Source of the DNA: an uncultured virus (IMG/VR IMGVR_UViG_3300032167_004205)
Taxonomy: Duplodnaviria > Heunggongvirae > Uroviricota > Caudoviricetes
Virus record (IMG/VR): IMGVR_UViG_3300032167_004205
Length of the DNA stretch: 64,000 bases
Reading direction: 5' to 3' (one strand)
Part shown: piece by piece, positions 17,011 to 26,300 of the stretch
Numbering within the stretch: position 1 is the first letter of the stretch
How the letters are laid out: every line of letters begins with the position of its first letter
The notes under the pieces: generated by a model
Databases searched by the model: none
The model's input: only the letters and a program-made list of their open reading frames with translations
What the model was told of the DNA's origin: nothing
Made by a program: the position numbers and the translations under genes

Positions 17011-19446
17011 GTGAAAATGAAAAAGATCCTGGCGATGGTCCTGACCATTGCGATGGCCCTGTCGGTGTGCAGTGTCAGCGCGGTTGCTGCATATGGCGAC
17101 CCGTATGAGTATGACTTTGAGTACACCATACCGTACACCGGAAGCGCTTATTACGATCAGGTCAATCTGTGGAGTGAACTGGAAACCGAGTTGTCCTATG
17201 ATCTTGATGAAGACATCGTGATCGAGGATATCGATTTTTGGACCGAAAGCGACTATGATGTGATCATGGACTACGGCAGTCTGGATCTCAGTGGTTATGA
17301 CAAGGGCACCTATGAGGTGGACCTGACCGATGAAGCTTATGATGCTCTCTATGAGGATGGCTATTTGTATGAAAATACCATCTATTACTGGGCTACCGAT
17401 GGTTATTGGGATTACGAGGGCGAGATTGATATCACCATTACTACAGATGATTATGATCTGGAATACGATTTGGAGGGTGATGCTGAGTTTTATCTGGGTC
17501 AGCGGCTCGCCAACGACCTGAATCACCTCATGAGTGATACTTTAGATTACGTCTACCTGGAAGAGGACCGTGACAACGATTGCGGTACCCTGTATGTGGA
17601 CGATTATGCCGAAGAAGTATTCGATGACAATCAGAAGTACTATTATAACGAGGATGACCGCTATTATTACGATGTGGAAGATCTGTATTTCGTTGCTGAT
17701 GGTACCGAGGGCGAGTTCATTCTGTACTATTATGCCTATGGTTTGAACGACGAGGAAATCGAGGGTGTCATCACTATCTACTGTGACGGTGGTCTGCTGA
17801 TCGAAGTGGATATTGCCAACGACGGTATTTACACCTTTGACTCCGCTGTGTTCCAGGAGGCTGTAGACGAGTGGAACGACGATTACACTCTGATTTATAT
17901 TGACAATGTGAAACTGGCCGACTCCACTGATGGTACTTTGTACTATGACTATGAGGAAGGCAGCAAACGTAATGTCGAGATTTCCAATAGGGAAGAATAT
18001 TATGTGGACCAGAATAAGGATGATGTTCTCGACTACATTTCCTTTGTTCCCGCTGAAGACACCACCGGCACTGTAAATGTTTCCTTTGATGCTTTTGTTG
18101 AGAAGAGAAAGGGCAGTGATGAGACTCTGGCCGGTACGCTGAAGATCAACGTGACCAAGGCAGCTGATATCACCGTTTATGCTGCCGAGGAAGAAGAAGT
18201 TGCTATCGATTGGGAAGACTTCCAGAACTATCTGGAAGAAGATATCGACAACGATGATTATGACGTGGCTTATGTTGTCATCAGCGGCGCCCCCAGAACC
18301 GAGCAGACCGGTTATCTGATTTGCGAGGGTGACGATCTGACTAGTCGCGGCGATAAGACTTTCTATATGGATCCCACCCGCACCCAGTATGATTTGACAG
18401 AACTGTCCTATATGGGCGGCACCAAGAAGGGTACTTACAGCGCGACCTTTACCGTCTATTATTACAAGAACAGCACCAACCGCGTTTATTCCACTCATGA
18501 AGGTACCATTAACTTTGTGGTTGGTCAGAGTTCCAATGTGGGCAATAGCCTGAGCGGTATTATTTCTGCAGCCGAGACGATGAACTTTGCTGCCAGTGTC
18601 AGCGCATTCGAGGCTCTGGGCGGTAACGATAATGAGTACATCACCTTCACTACCTATCCTGTGGGTGGTAAGCTGGTCTATGGCTGGGGCACCGCCAACC
18701 AGGAGGATGTCCAGATCGGCGCCAAGTATTATTTGAGCTATAAGGCTGGCGAGAAGCTGCTGAGCAACATCACCTTCGTTCCCAGCTATTCCGCCAACAA
18801 GACCCAGAAGACCGTGACCATTGGCATCCGCGGCTATAACGATAAAGACAAGGCTGTTCTGGGCACGATCAATATTGGCATTACCTATGCCGCACGTTCC
18901 AAGCAGTTCACCGACGTGACCACCAATACCTACGCTGACTCGGTCGACTTCCTGCTGAACCAGGGCATCACCACCGGCGCCACCACCTACACCTTCAATC
19001 CCAACGGCAATGTCAAGCGCGCCGAGTTCGTCACCTTCCTGTGGCGTGCCGCCGGCAAGCCCGAGCCCTCTGCCTACGTCACCAACAAGTTCACCGACGT
19101 CAAGAACTCCGGTGAGTATCAGTACGCTTACAAGGCCATCTTGTGGGCCGTTGAGAAGGGCATCACCACCGGCACCACCGCCACCACCTTCAGCCCCGCT
19201 GCCAACGTGACTCACGAGCAGCTGATCGCCTTCCTGTATCGCTATGATGTCAACCTGCTGGGCCATTCCGGCGCCGGTGGCTATGGTGTCAGCTATGCCG
19301 GTTGGAGCTCCGTCCCCGAGTATGCTCAGGCTCCCGCTAAGTGGGCCGCTTACAAGGGCATCCTGACTGACTCCACCACCTATCCCACCACCGCCGGCAC
19401 CCGTGCCACCGTAGCTCTGTGGCTGCATCGTATGTTGACCCTGTAA
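17011..19446 (+). CDS. Acidic S-layer-like protein with C-terminal SLH domains
   Basis: GGAGG RBS; signal peptide; very D/E/Y-rich N-terminal half; FTDV...GITTG...F.P....RAEF SLH repeats. Confidence 0.88.
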   Translation: MKMKKILAMVLTIAMALSVCSVSAVAAYGDPYEYDFEYTIPYTGSAYYDQVNLWSELETELSYDLDEDIVIEDIDFWTESDYDVIMDYGSLDLSGYDKGTYEVDLTDEAYDALYEDGYLYENTIYYWATDGYWDYEGEIDITITTDDYDLEYDLEGDAEFYLGQRLANDLNHLMSDTLDYVYLEEDRDNDCGTLYVDDYAEEVFDDNQKYYYNEDDRYYYDVEDLYFVADGTEGEFILYYYAYGLNDEEIEGVITIYCDGGLLIEVDIANDGIYTFDSAVFQEAVDEWNDDYTLIYIDNVKLADSTDGTLYYDYEEGSKRNVEISNREEYYVDQNKDDVLDYISFVPAEDTTGTVNVSFDAFVEKRKGSDETLAGTLKINVTKAADITVYAAEEEEVAIDWEDFQNYLEEDIDNDDYDVAYVVISGAPRTEQTGYLICEGDDLTSRGDKTFYMDPTRTQYDLTELSYMGGTKKGTYSATFTVYYYKNSTNRVYSTHEGTINFVVGQSSNVGNSLSGIISAAETMNFAASVSAFEALGGNDNEYITFTTYPVGGKLVYGWGTANQEDVQIGAKYYLSYKAGEKLLSNITFVPSYSANKTQKTVTIGIRGYNDKDKAVLGTINIGITYAARSKQFTDVTTNTYADSVDFLLNQGITTGATTYTFNPNGNVKRAEFVTFLWRAAGKPEPSAYVTNKFTDVKNSGEYQYAYKAILWAVEKGITTGTTATTFSPAANVTHEQLIAFLYRYDVNLLGHSGAGGYGVSYAGWSSVPEYAQAPAKWAAYKGILTDSTTYPTTAGTRATVALWLHRMLTL

Positions 19447-19460
19447 ATTGATATTCCCCA

Positions 19461-19488
19461 AGAAAACGGCTCTTCGGAGCCGTTTTCT
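19461..19488. terminator. Intrinsic terminator
   Basis: AGAAAACGGCTC-TTCG-GAGCCGTTTTCT. Confidence 0.85.
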
Positions 19489-19514
19489 TATCACTTTTAT
19501 AATGGTGCTTATTT

Positions 19515-20177
19515 ATGATAAAGAAAACATTATTGAACGCTAATCCAGACATTGCGGCTGAATGGCATCCCACCAAAAATGGCTCGCTTACTCCTGAGCG
19601 TGTAGCGCTTCGGAGCAATAAAAAAGTATGGTGGAAATGTAAAAAGGGGCACGAATGGGAAGCGTATATCTCCAATCGAACACGCTGGGATGGCTGCCCC
19701 TACTGTGTCGGACGGCTGCCGATTGTTGGAGAAACGGACCTATTGACCACGCATCCGCAACTGGCTGCTGAGTGGCATTCTACAAAGAATGGTTTTGGAC
19801 CAGATACCGTTTCGGCCGGAAGTCATAAAAAGGTGTGGTGGATCTGTTCGCGTGGCCATGAGTGGAACACTACTGTTAATAGCAGAACTGCAACCCCCCT
19901 TGGCTGCCCTTATTGTGCGAACAAGAAGCTCCTGAAAGGGTTCAATGACTTTGCCACACGGTATCCGGAAATTGCAAAAGAGTGGCACCCGACAAAAAAT
20001 GCCCCCCTCCTCCCCTCTGAGTTTATCCTTACCCAGGATAAGGCTTGGTGGATCTGTTCCTCTTGTGGTCACGAATGGCTTGCTTATATCAAAAACCGAG
20101 CAAAAGGGAGCGGCTGCCCCGCTTGTGCGAATAAACGAAAAGGCAGAAATACGCAGCTGATGGAGAAACGCAAATGA
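19515..20177 (+). CDS. Triple zinc-ribbon (DUF4379-like) protein
   Basis: Three repeats of P..A.EWHPTKN...KVWW.C..GHEW......R....GCPYC; no nuclease domain. Confidence 0.85.
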   Translation: MIKKTLLNANPDIAAEWHPTKNGSLTPERVALRSNKKVWWKCKKGHEWEAYISNRTRWDGCPYCVGRLPIVGETDLLTTHPQLAAEWHSTKNGFGPDTVSAGSHKKVWWICSRGHEWNTTVNSRTATPLGCPYCANKKLLKGFNDFATRYPEIAKEWHPTKNAPLLPSEFILTQDKAWWICSSCGHEWLAYIKNRAKGSGCPACANKRKGRNTQLMEKRK

Positions 20178-20794
20178 AAAATCTGACCGGACAACGATTC
20201 GGCCGGCTTATTGCCATTCGGCCAACCGAGGAAAGGCGACATGGGTCGGTTGTGTGGGAATGCACCTGTGATTGCGGAATCACTGCATTTATTGCGAGTG
20301 CAGAACTGCGCGACGGCAAAACAAAATCCTGTGGTTGCCTGAGAAAAGAGCTTGCAGCAAAACTTAGCACTCGGGCACATAAGGATTTTATAGGCCAGAG
20401 ATTTGGCCGGCTTACTGTGATCAGGGAAAGCGAAAGACGGCTGAACGATGCTTTGCTATGGGAATGTCTGTGTGATTGTGGAAATATCGCCTATGCAACA
20501 GGTTATCAGCTGAAAAGTGGGCGATCACGGTCTTGCGGATGTCTGCGTAAAGAATATATGGTGAAGCGCGGGCAGGCGCGAAAGATTGATCTGACAGGCA
20601 AACGGTTTGGACGCCTGATGGTTGTTCGTGAAATGGAAGAGCGACGAAAGAAAGCTGTCATGTGGGAATGCGTTTGCGATTGCGGGAACACAACAGTTGC
20701 CAGTAGCTACGCATTGAAAAGCGGAGGTAAAAGGTCTTGTGGGTGTCTCAGAAAAGAAAACACCAAGATGCTAAGTGCTATGCGCAGAAAGTAA
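20174..20794 (+). CDS. Protein of three DLTGQRFGRL/WECxCDCG/SCGC repeats
   Basis: Repeat domain usually seen N-terminal to HNH/AP2 domains; no catalytic domain here. Confidence 0.85.
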   Translation: MKNLTGQRFGRLIAIRPTEERRHGSVVWECTCDCGITAFIASAELRDGKTKSCGCLRKELAAKLSTRAHKDFIGQRFGRLTVIRESERRLNDALLWECLCDCGNIAYATGYQLKSGRSRSCGCLRKEYMVKRGQARKIDLTGKRFGRLMVVREMEERRKKAVMWECVCDCGNTTVASSYALKSGGKRSCGCLRKENTKMLSAMRRK

Positions 20795-20855
20795 AGGTTC
20801 ACGTCTGTGCAAGCAAGCGAAAAGGCAAACGTTTCAAAAATACGCAGCGACAGCG

Positions 20856-20884
20856 TTGACAAGATTGGTATTTAGTGGTACAAT
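20856..20884 (+). promoter_or_regulatory. SigA-type promoter
   Basis: TTGACA-17-TACAAT with extended TG. Confidence 0.75.
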
Positions 20885-20917
20885 GAAACCACAAAGAAAG
20901 AAGGAGCGTTTAGAGCT

Positions 20918-21235
20918 ATGAGCGGTGCTGATATCATATATGCAATGCTGAAACAGAAAGGTTGGACCCAGGCTCGCTTAAATGAAGCCATGGGCTATAC
21001 TTCTCCCGGCACCATGTCTAACCGGCTCCGGCGTGGCAGTATGTCTGTGAAGGTATTCAGTGACATCGTGGATGTATTGGGTTTTCAGATCCATATCCAC
21101 CCGATAGCTGAGCCGGGAAAAACGGTCAATATTGCCCAGTTCTGCGAAACGGAACTGAATGTCAAAACCTTGTTTGATGTAATGGATATCTTGGGGTATA
21201 AGATGACTTTTTCCCCAGAGTTAGAAATCAATTAA
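20918..21235 (+). CDS. Cro/XRE-like HTH protein
   Basis: KQKGWTQARL.EAMG.....MSNRL.RG motif; partly duplicated C-terminal half. Confidence 0.75.
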   Translation: MSGADIIYAMLKQKGWTQARLNEAMGYTSPGTMSNRLRRGSMSVKVFSDIVDVLGFQIHIHPIAEPGKTVNIAQFCETELNVKTLFDVMDILGYKMTFSPELEIN

Positions 21236-21325
21236 AATCAGGTGCACCCAACCATTAAGGGCTTGCGTTACCTCGGTCATTTCCAACCGATCTAAATGGA
21301 AAACTGTAAAATATAATATCAACTT

Positions 21326-21367
21326 AGTGCCTGAGTGCCTTGGAGAAATCCGGGGCACTCTTTTTTT
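21326..21367 (+). terminator. Leader terminator with tandem AGTGCC motif (site 1)
   Basis: AGTGCC-T-GAGTGCCTTGGA-GAAA-TCCGGGGCACTC-T7, ending 26 nt before the terminase ATG. Confidence 0.85.
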
Positions 21368-21393
21368 ATTGCCCTGAGCAGGAGGTTTTTTAC

Positions 21394-23043
21394 ATGACGG
21401 AGGACAGAGCCAATCTGATCGAGCGGCTATTCGCATCCGACACAAACGATGTAAAAATTGTTCGAGGCATTTTTGACTTGGCCCGAGCGGAAAATTCTAT
21501 GTCCATCGGACGCCGGGTGCGCAACCTGGCAGCGGAAAAGACCCGTACCCACCGGGGCAAACCCCAGCAAAAAGAGTTTATGGAATTGTATTGGGATATC
21601 ATGCTGTGGCTGGCGCCGAATGATTTTGACAGCTTCATGCTATACCTAGAGCGGAATCGTAAACCACAGGACAGGTTCTATCAGCCACGCCGCAAGCAGT
21701 TGAAACCCATTTGTGATTCCTTGCAGGCGTTGGTCGATGATGAAATAGATCAGTTGTTTTTGAGCTGCCCTCCCCGTATCGGCAAGAGCGCCATCGTCAA
21801 CTTTTTCTTTGCGTGGATTATGGGCCGAGACCCAGAGGTTTCGAACCTATACAGTTCATACAGTGCTTATGTAACCAAGACTTTTTACACCGGTGTTCTG
21901 GAGGTTTTGAATGACCCGGACACCTACTGTTTCAGTGAGATCTTCCCAAAAGCAAAACTGGCGTCCACTGATGCTCAGGACTTACGCTTGGATATGGGAA
22001 GAAAGAAAAAGTATCCTACTTTGACTTGCCGTTCCATAGACGGTGCGCTCAATGGCGGGGCCGATTGTCAAGGGATATTATGCGGGGATGACCTCGTAGA
22101 AGGGATCGAAGAGGCCGTTTCTCCTGACCGTCTGACAAAAAAATGGAGCACGGTACTGAACAACCTCCTTCCTCGTCAGGTCGGAGACCGCGGAAAAATC
22201 CTGTTTATAGGTACGCGCTGGAGCTTGGCAGACCCCATCGGGAAGCAAATCGACTTGCTGGAGAACAACCCAGACTATGCTAACGTGCGGTATACTGTCA
22301 TTAATATTCCCGCCCTGAATGAAAACGAGGAATCCAACTTCGATTATGAATATGGCAAGGGCATGAGCACCCAGCAATACAAGCAGCGCCGTGCGGCCAT
22401 GGAGGAAGCCGGCCAAATCGCAGACTGGGAAGCACAATACATGGGAAATCCCATAGAGCGTAACGGACAACTGTTCAATCCGGACATGATGCGCTTTTAT
22501 AACGGCACCTTGCCAGACGGGGAACCTGACCGGGTGTTTGCTTTTGTTGACCCGGCTTATGGCGGGGGCGATTATGTCAGCTCACCGATAGCCTATCAGT
22601 ATGGCTCCGATGTCTACATTCATGATGTTGTATACGATAACTCCGATAAGTTTGTCACCCGGCCGCTGCTGGTGTCCGCTTTCAAGCGAAATAGTGTCGG
22701 TTCTGCCATGTTTGAAGGCACTAAGACGGTTTCTGAGTACCGGGAATGGATTGATAATAAACTGCGAGAAGATGGATACCGGGTGAACATTCAGAGTAAG
22801 GCTGCCTCCACTCGCGTCCGGAAAGAAGAACGGATTTTTGAGCGGGCGCCGGAGATCCGCGAGTTCTATTTCCGCGATGCAGCTCACAGAAACTCGGAAT
22901 ATGCAGCGTTTATGCGGTGCCTACATGCCTTCACCATGACCGGGAAGAATAAATGGGACGATGCACCCGACTCATTGGCTGGACTATGTGACATGATTCA
23001 TCGGACGGCTCGAAAAGCAAAAATCATCGACCGACCTTTTTAA
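21394..23043 (+). CDS. terL: Terminase large subunit
   Basis: Walker A CPPRIGKS, Walker B GDDLVE, IGTRW, nuclease motifs VDPA.GG.D and DDAPDSL; GGAGG RBS before ATG 21394. Confidence 0.93.
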   Translation: MTEDRANLIERLFASDTNDVKIVRGIFDLARAENSMSIGRRVRNLAAEKTRTHRGKPQQKEFMELYWDIMLWLAPNDFDSFMLYLERNRKPQDRFYQPRRKQLKPICDSLQALVDDEIDQLFLSCPPRIGKSAIVNFFFAWIMGRDPEVSNLYSSYSAYVTKTFYTGVLEVLNDPDTYCFSEIFPKAKLASTDAQDLRLDMGRKKKYPTLTCRSIDGALNGGADCQGILCGDDLVEGIEEAVSPDRLTKKWSTVLNNLLPRQVGDRGKILFIGTRWSLADPIGKQIDLLENNPDYANVRYTVINIPALNENEESNFDYEYGKGMSTQQYKQRRAAMEEAGQIADWEAQYMGNPIERNGQLFNPDMMRFYNGTLPDGEPDRVFAFVDPAYGGGDYVSSPIAYQYGSDVYIHDVVYDNSDKFVTRPLLVSAFKRNSVGSAMFEGTKTVSEYREWIDNKLREDGYRVNIQSKAASTRVRKEERIFERAPEIREFYFRDAAHRNSEYAAFMRCLHAFTMTGKNKWDDAPDSLAGLCDMIHRTARKAKIIDRPF

Positions 23044-23395
23044 CTGAATGGTTATTTGATTTTTCGGCAATAAAAAAAGGTGGTAAGCAATGCTTGCCAC
23101 CTTCATTCATTGTGGGAAAAACACATTAAAACCAGCTATACATATATCGTTTAACACTGCAAACCGATAAAATTATACTTTTTGAAAAAGAACCCATTAA
23201 ATATAACCGATTCTGTAACCCGGCGGTGCTATAATAACCTAAAATTGGGGTTACTATACTTTGTAAAAAAGTAGACCTCTTAACCATCGAAAATACACTC
23301 CCATCACCCTGATACGATTTGCCGAATCGTCCTAAGTTTTACTCCGAATTTCATCATACCGCATCCCACTATTTTCGAGAAAGGAGGACAGGGTT

Positions 23396-26300
23396 TTGCA
23401 GAAGTATGATATAAACATGGCGAAGCATTTTCAAGTGCGCCGCCGATGGAACAACATCTGGAAAAGAATCACGATGGCCCTGGCCTCCGTGGTGGTTTTC
23501 TGCACCGTTTACGCTTTGATCCTGCCCGCTATTACTATGGAACCCGAGTATATATGCGGCCAAGAATCTCATCTTCATACAGAGGCATGCTATCAGCTGC
23601 CCGAACTGACGACCCTATCCAGCCTGATCTGCACCTCTGACACTTTAGGAGTCCATAACCATACACCCGAATGTTACGACGAAAACGGCGAGCCCAAGTG
23701 CGGTATCGCCGACTTTGTGTTGCATACACATCATTCTGATTGCTTTGATGTAAACGGTGAATTGGTTTGTTCACTGCCTGAAATTAAAGCGCACATTCAC
23801 GACGAAGCCTGCTGGCAGCATCCTCATGTTCATGATGAACCCTGCTTCATCCAGCAGCATGGCGAGCTCCTTTGTACTCTGGAAGAGGGAAGTTTACATA
23901 CCCACCTGGATACCTGCTATATCCAGCAGCAAAACCTAATCTGCTCGCTCCCTGAAACAGAGTCTCATACCCATACCACGGAAGCCTGCTATACGGAAAC
24001 AAAGACTCTGCTCTGCAACCAGTCTGAGGTAGAAGCCCACACCCATTCTGACAACTGTTATACCATAGAAACTATTCAGATCTGCTCCCAAGAAGAAACT
24101 GAAGGTCATACTCATGGCGATGGTTGTTTTGCAGAGGATGGTTCCACAATCTGTGTCTTACCCGAGATTGCTAGTCATACCCATACGGACGCCTGTTTCC
24201 AGACCACTTCCAATTTCACCTGTACACTGACGGAGACTGCAGGGCACAGCCACAGCGATACCTGCTACTCCGAGCCGACCAGTACCCTTATCTGCACAAC
24301 TGAAGAAACCGACGGCCACACCCACAGCGACACTTGTTATGAAACTGTAAGTGTGGTTACTTGTGCCCTTGAAGAGAATATTCCTCACGCGCACACCGAC
24401 TCCTGTTTTGTTTGCACTCCCGTTCTGCAGTGCGCTCAGCCGACTGGAGAAGACGCTGTTTCTGTCCTGAACTGTGAAAAGAAAGAGCTGATCCTCCACA
24501 CCCACGAAAGTGCTTGCTTTGACCAGACTGGCGCCTGTGTTTGCGGTTTGCTGGAGATTTCTGAACATATTCATGACTATACCTGCTTTGTGATTACCCA
24601 AGCTCAAACCGCCGAACCTGTCCTTGTTTGTGACTATGAGGAGCATGAACACACCGAGGTTTGTATCGCTCAGAAAGAAACGGACAACATAATCACCAGC
24701 GACCAGCTCATTGCCGAAGGTTTTTATTGCGGCATTGCGAAACACATCCATAAACCCGAAAACGGCTGTTTCGTTGAGGATGGCATGCTCATGTGTACCA
24801 TGACCGAGCATGAGCACACCGAGTTGTGTAATCTGGACCCCGCCAAACGGGACCAGACCGACCCCGCCGATGACTGGACCTTCTGGCTGGAGTCCATGCC
24901 CGCGCCCACCGGTGTTGCAGCCGACGACCTACTGGAAGTGGCCCGCTTGCAGCTGGATTACAGACAGAGCGCCGACTATTACACCGTCACCGAAGAAGAG
25001 GAAATCCTCTATTACAACCGTTATGCTGGTTGGTGGGCGTCGTTATATGATGAAGTGCCTTATGGCGACTGGAACGCCAAGCTGATTGCCTTCTGTCTGT
25101 CGGCTGCCGACATTCCCTTCCCCCTGGCAGAAACCCCTTCCGACTGGCTTTGGGATCCTGAACTGGCTGATTACCTACTTGCTGAAGGCGAGCTCCCCTT
25201 CCCCGCCGACATAGTCTTTTTGGACAACAACCGGGTGGGCATTGTCACTGCAGTGGACGCTGAAAAGGGTAAGCTGGATGTCATCCTCGAATGGAACGGC
25301 AAAGTCCGTGAAAAGACCTTCGCCCTGGACAAAGACGTTTTGGCCTTGGCCCGCATTCCCGGCAACCAGCCTGAAGGATCTTTGGAACCTCTTCCCGGCG
25401 AGATCGTCCTGCCGGAACAGTTCGTGTATGAAGACGAATGGCTGACCATGGTGCTCACGGTGGAGGGCAACGCCGCTCTGCCCGAGGGCGCCGTCCTGTC
25501 GGAAGAGACGCTTCTGCCCGAGCCTGTTCTGACCGTTCAGATGCTGGATGACGAAAGCGATTTGTACTGGCAACTGATGGACGCCGCCCAGGAGCACGGC
25601 GAAGAGGGCGGCCTGCTGGGCCTCACCGCTATGGAGCTTCAGTTCTGGTACGGTGAGTATCTGCTGGACACCACCGCCTGCGCCATGACCGCCCAGATCA
25701 CCCTGAAAGAAACCCTGCTGGCTCCGCCGGTGCAGACCTATTCCCTGCGCGCGGCAGTCCCCACCCCCGCGCCTGAGGCCGAGACTGGTGTGGAAGTGGC
25801 GGTCATCCAGGCCGACGGCACGGCTATCACCGGTACGGATACTGCTTTCTTTGAGACCGGCGCGCCGTCTCCCACCATGACCTTCGCCGTGACCAATAAT
25901 GTGATTGCGGTAGCCACTTCCACGACCGCTAACCCTCACTTCACGGTGCAATATTACGCCAACATCCCTCGTGTTCAGTGGAGCGATACGGCTACTACGA
26001 GTGGCACCTTGCAGATTATTAATACAGAAGGTGGCAATTTGCCGAAAAACGGTCAGTCCATCCCCATGAAGTATTTGCGGCTGGACAACAACATGACGGT
26101 TCTGCGGCAAAACACATTGACTGAGGTTTATGCGGAGCACAACTATGAATATATTACTGCGCCCAACCTGATCTACTTCAACCGTTTATACGAAAATGCA
26201 AACTATTCGTTAAAAGAAGTCTGGATGCTGAAATCTGGTCGTTCTGCTGAAAGTATGAATCGCGAGGATTGGAATTTTTACAATCCAAACACGATCCACT

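Noticed and set aside
17542..19494. Long antisense ORFs (also 5275-6657, 1830-3089, 43436-44563)
   Set aside because: Shadows of codon-biased genes on the opposite strand; no RBS or recognisable motifs.
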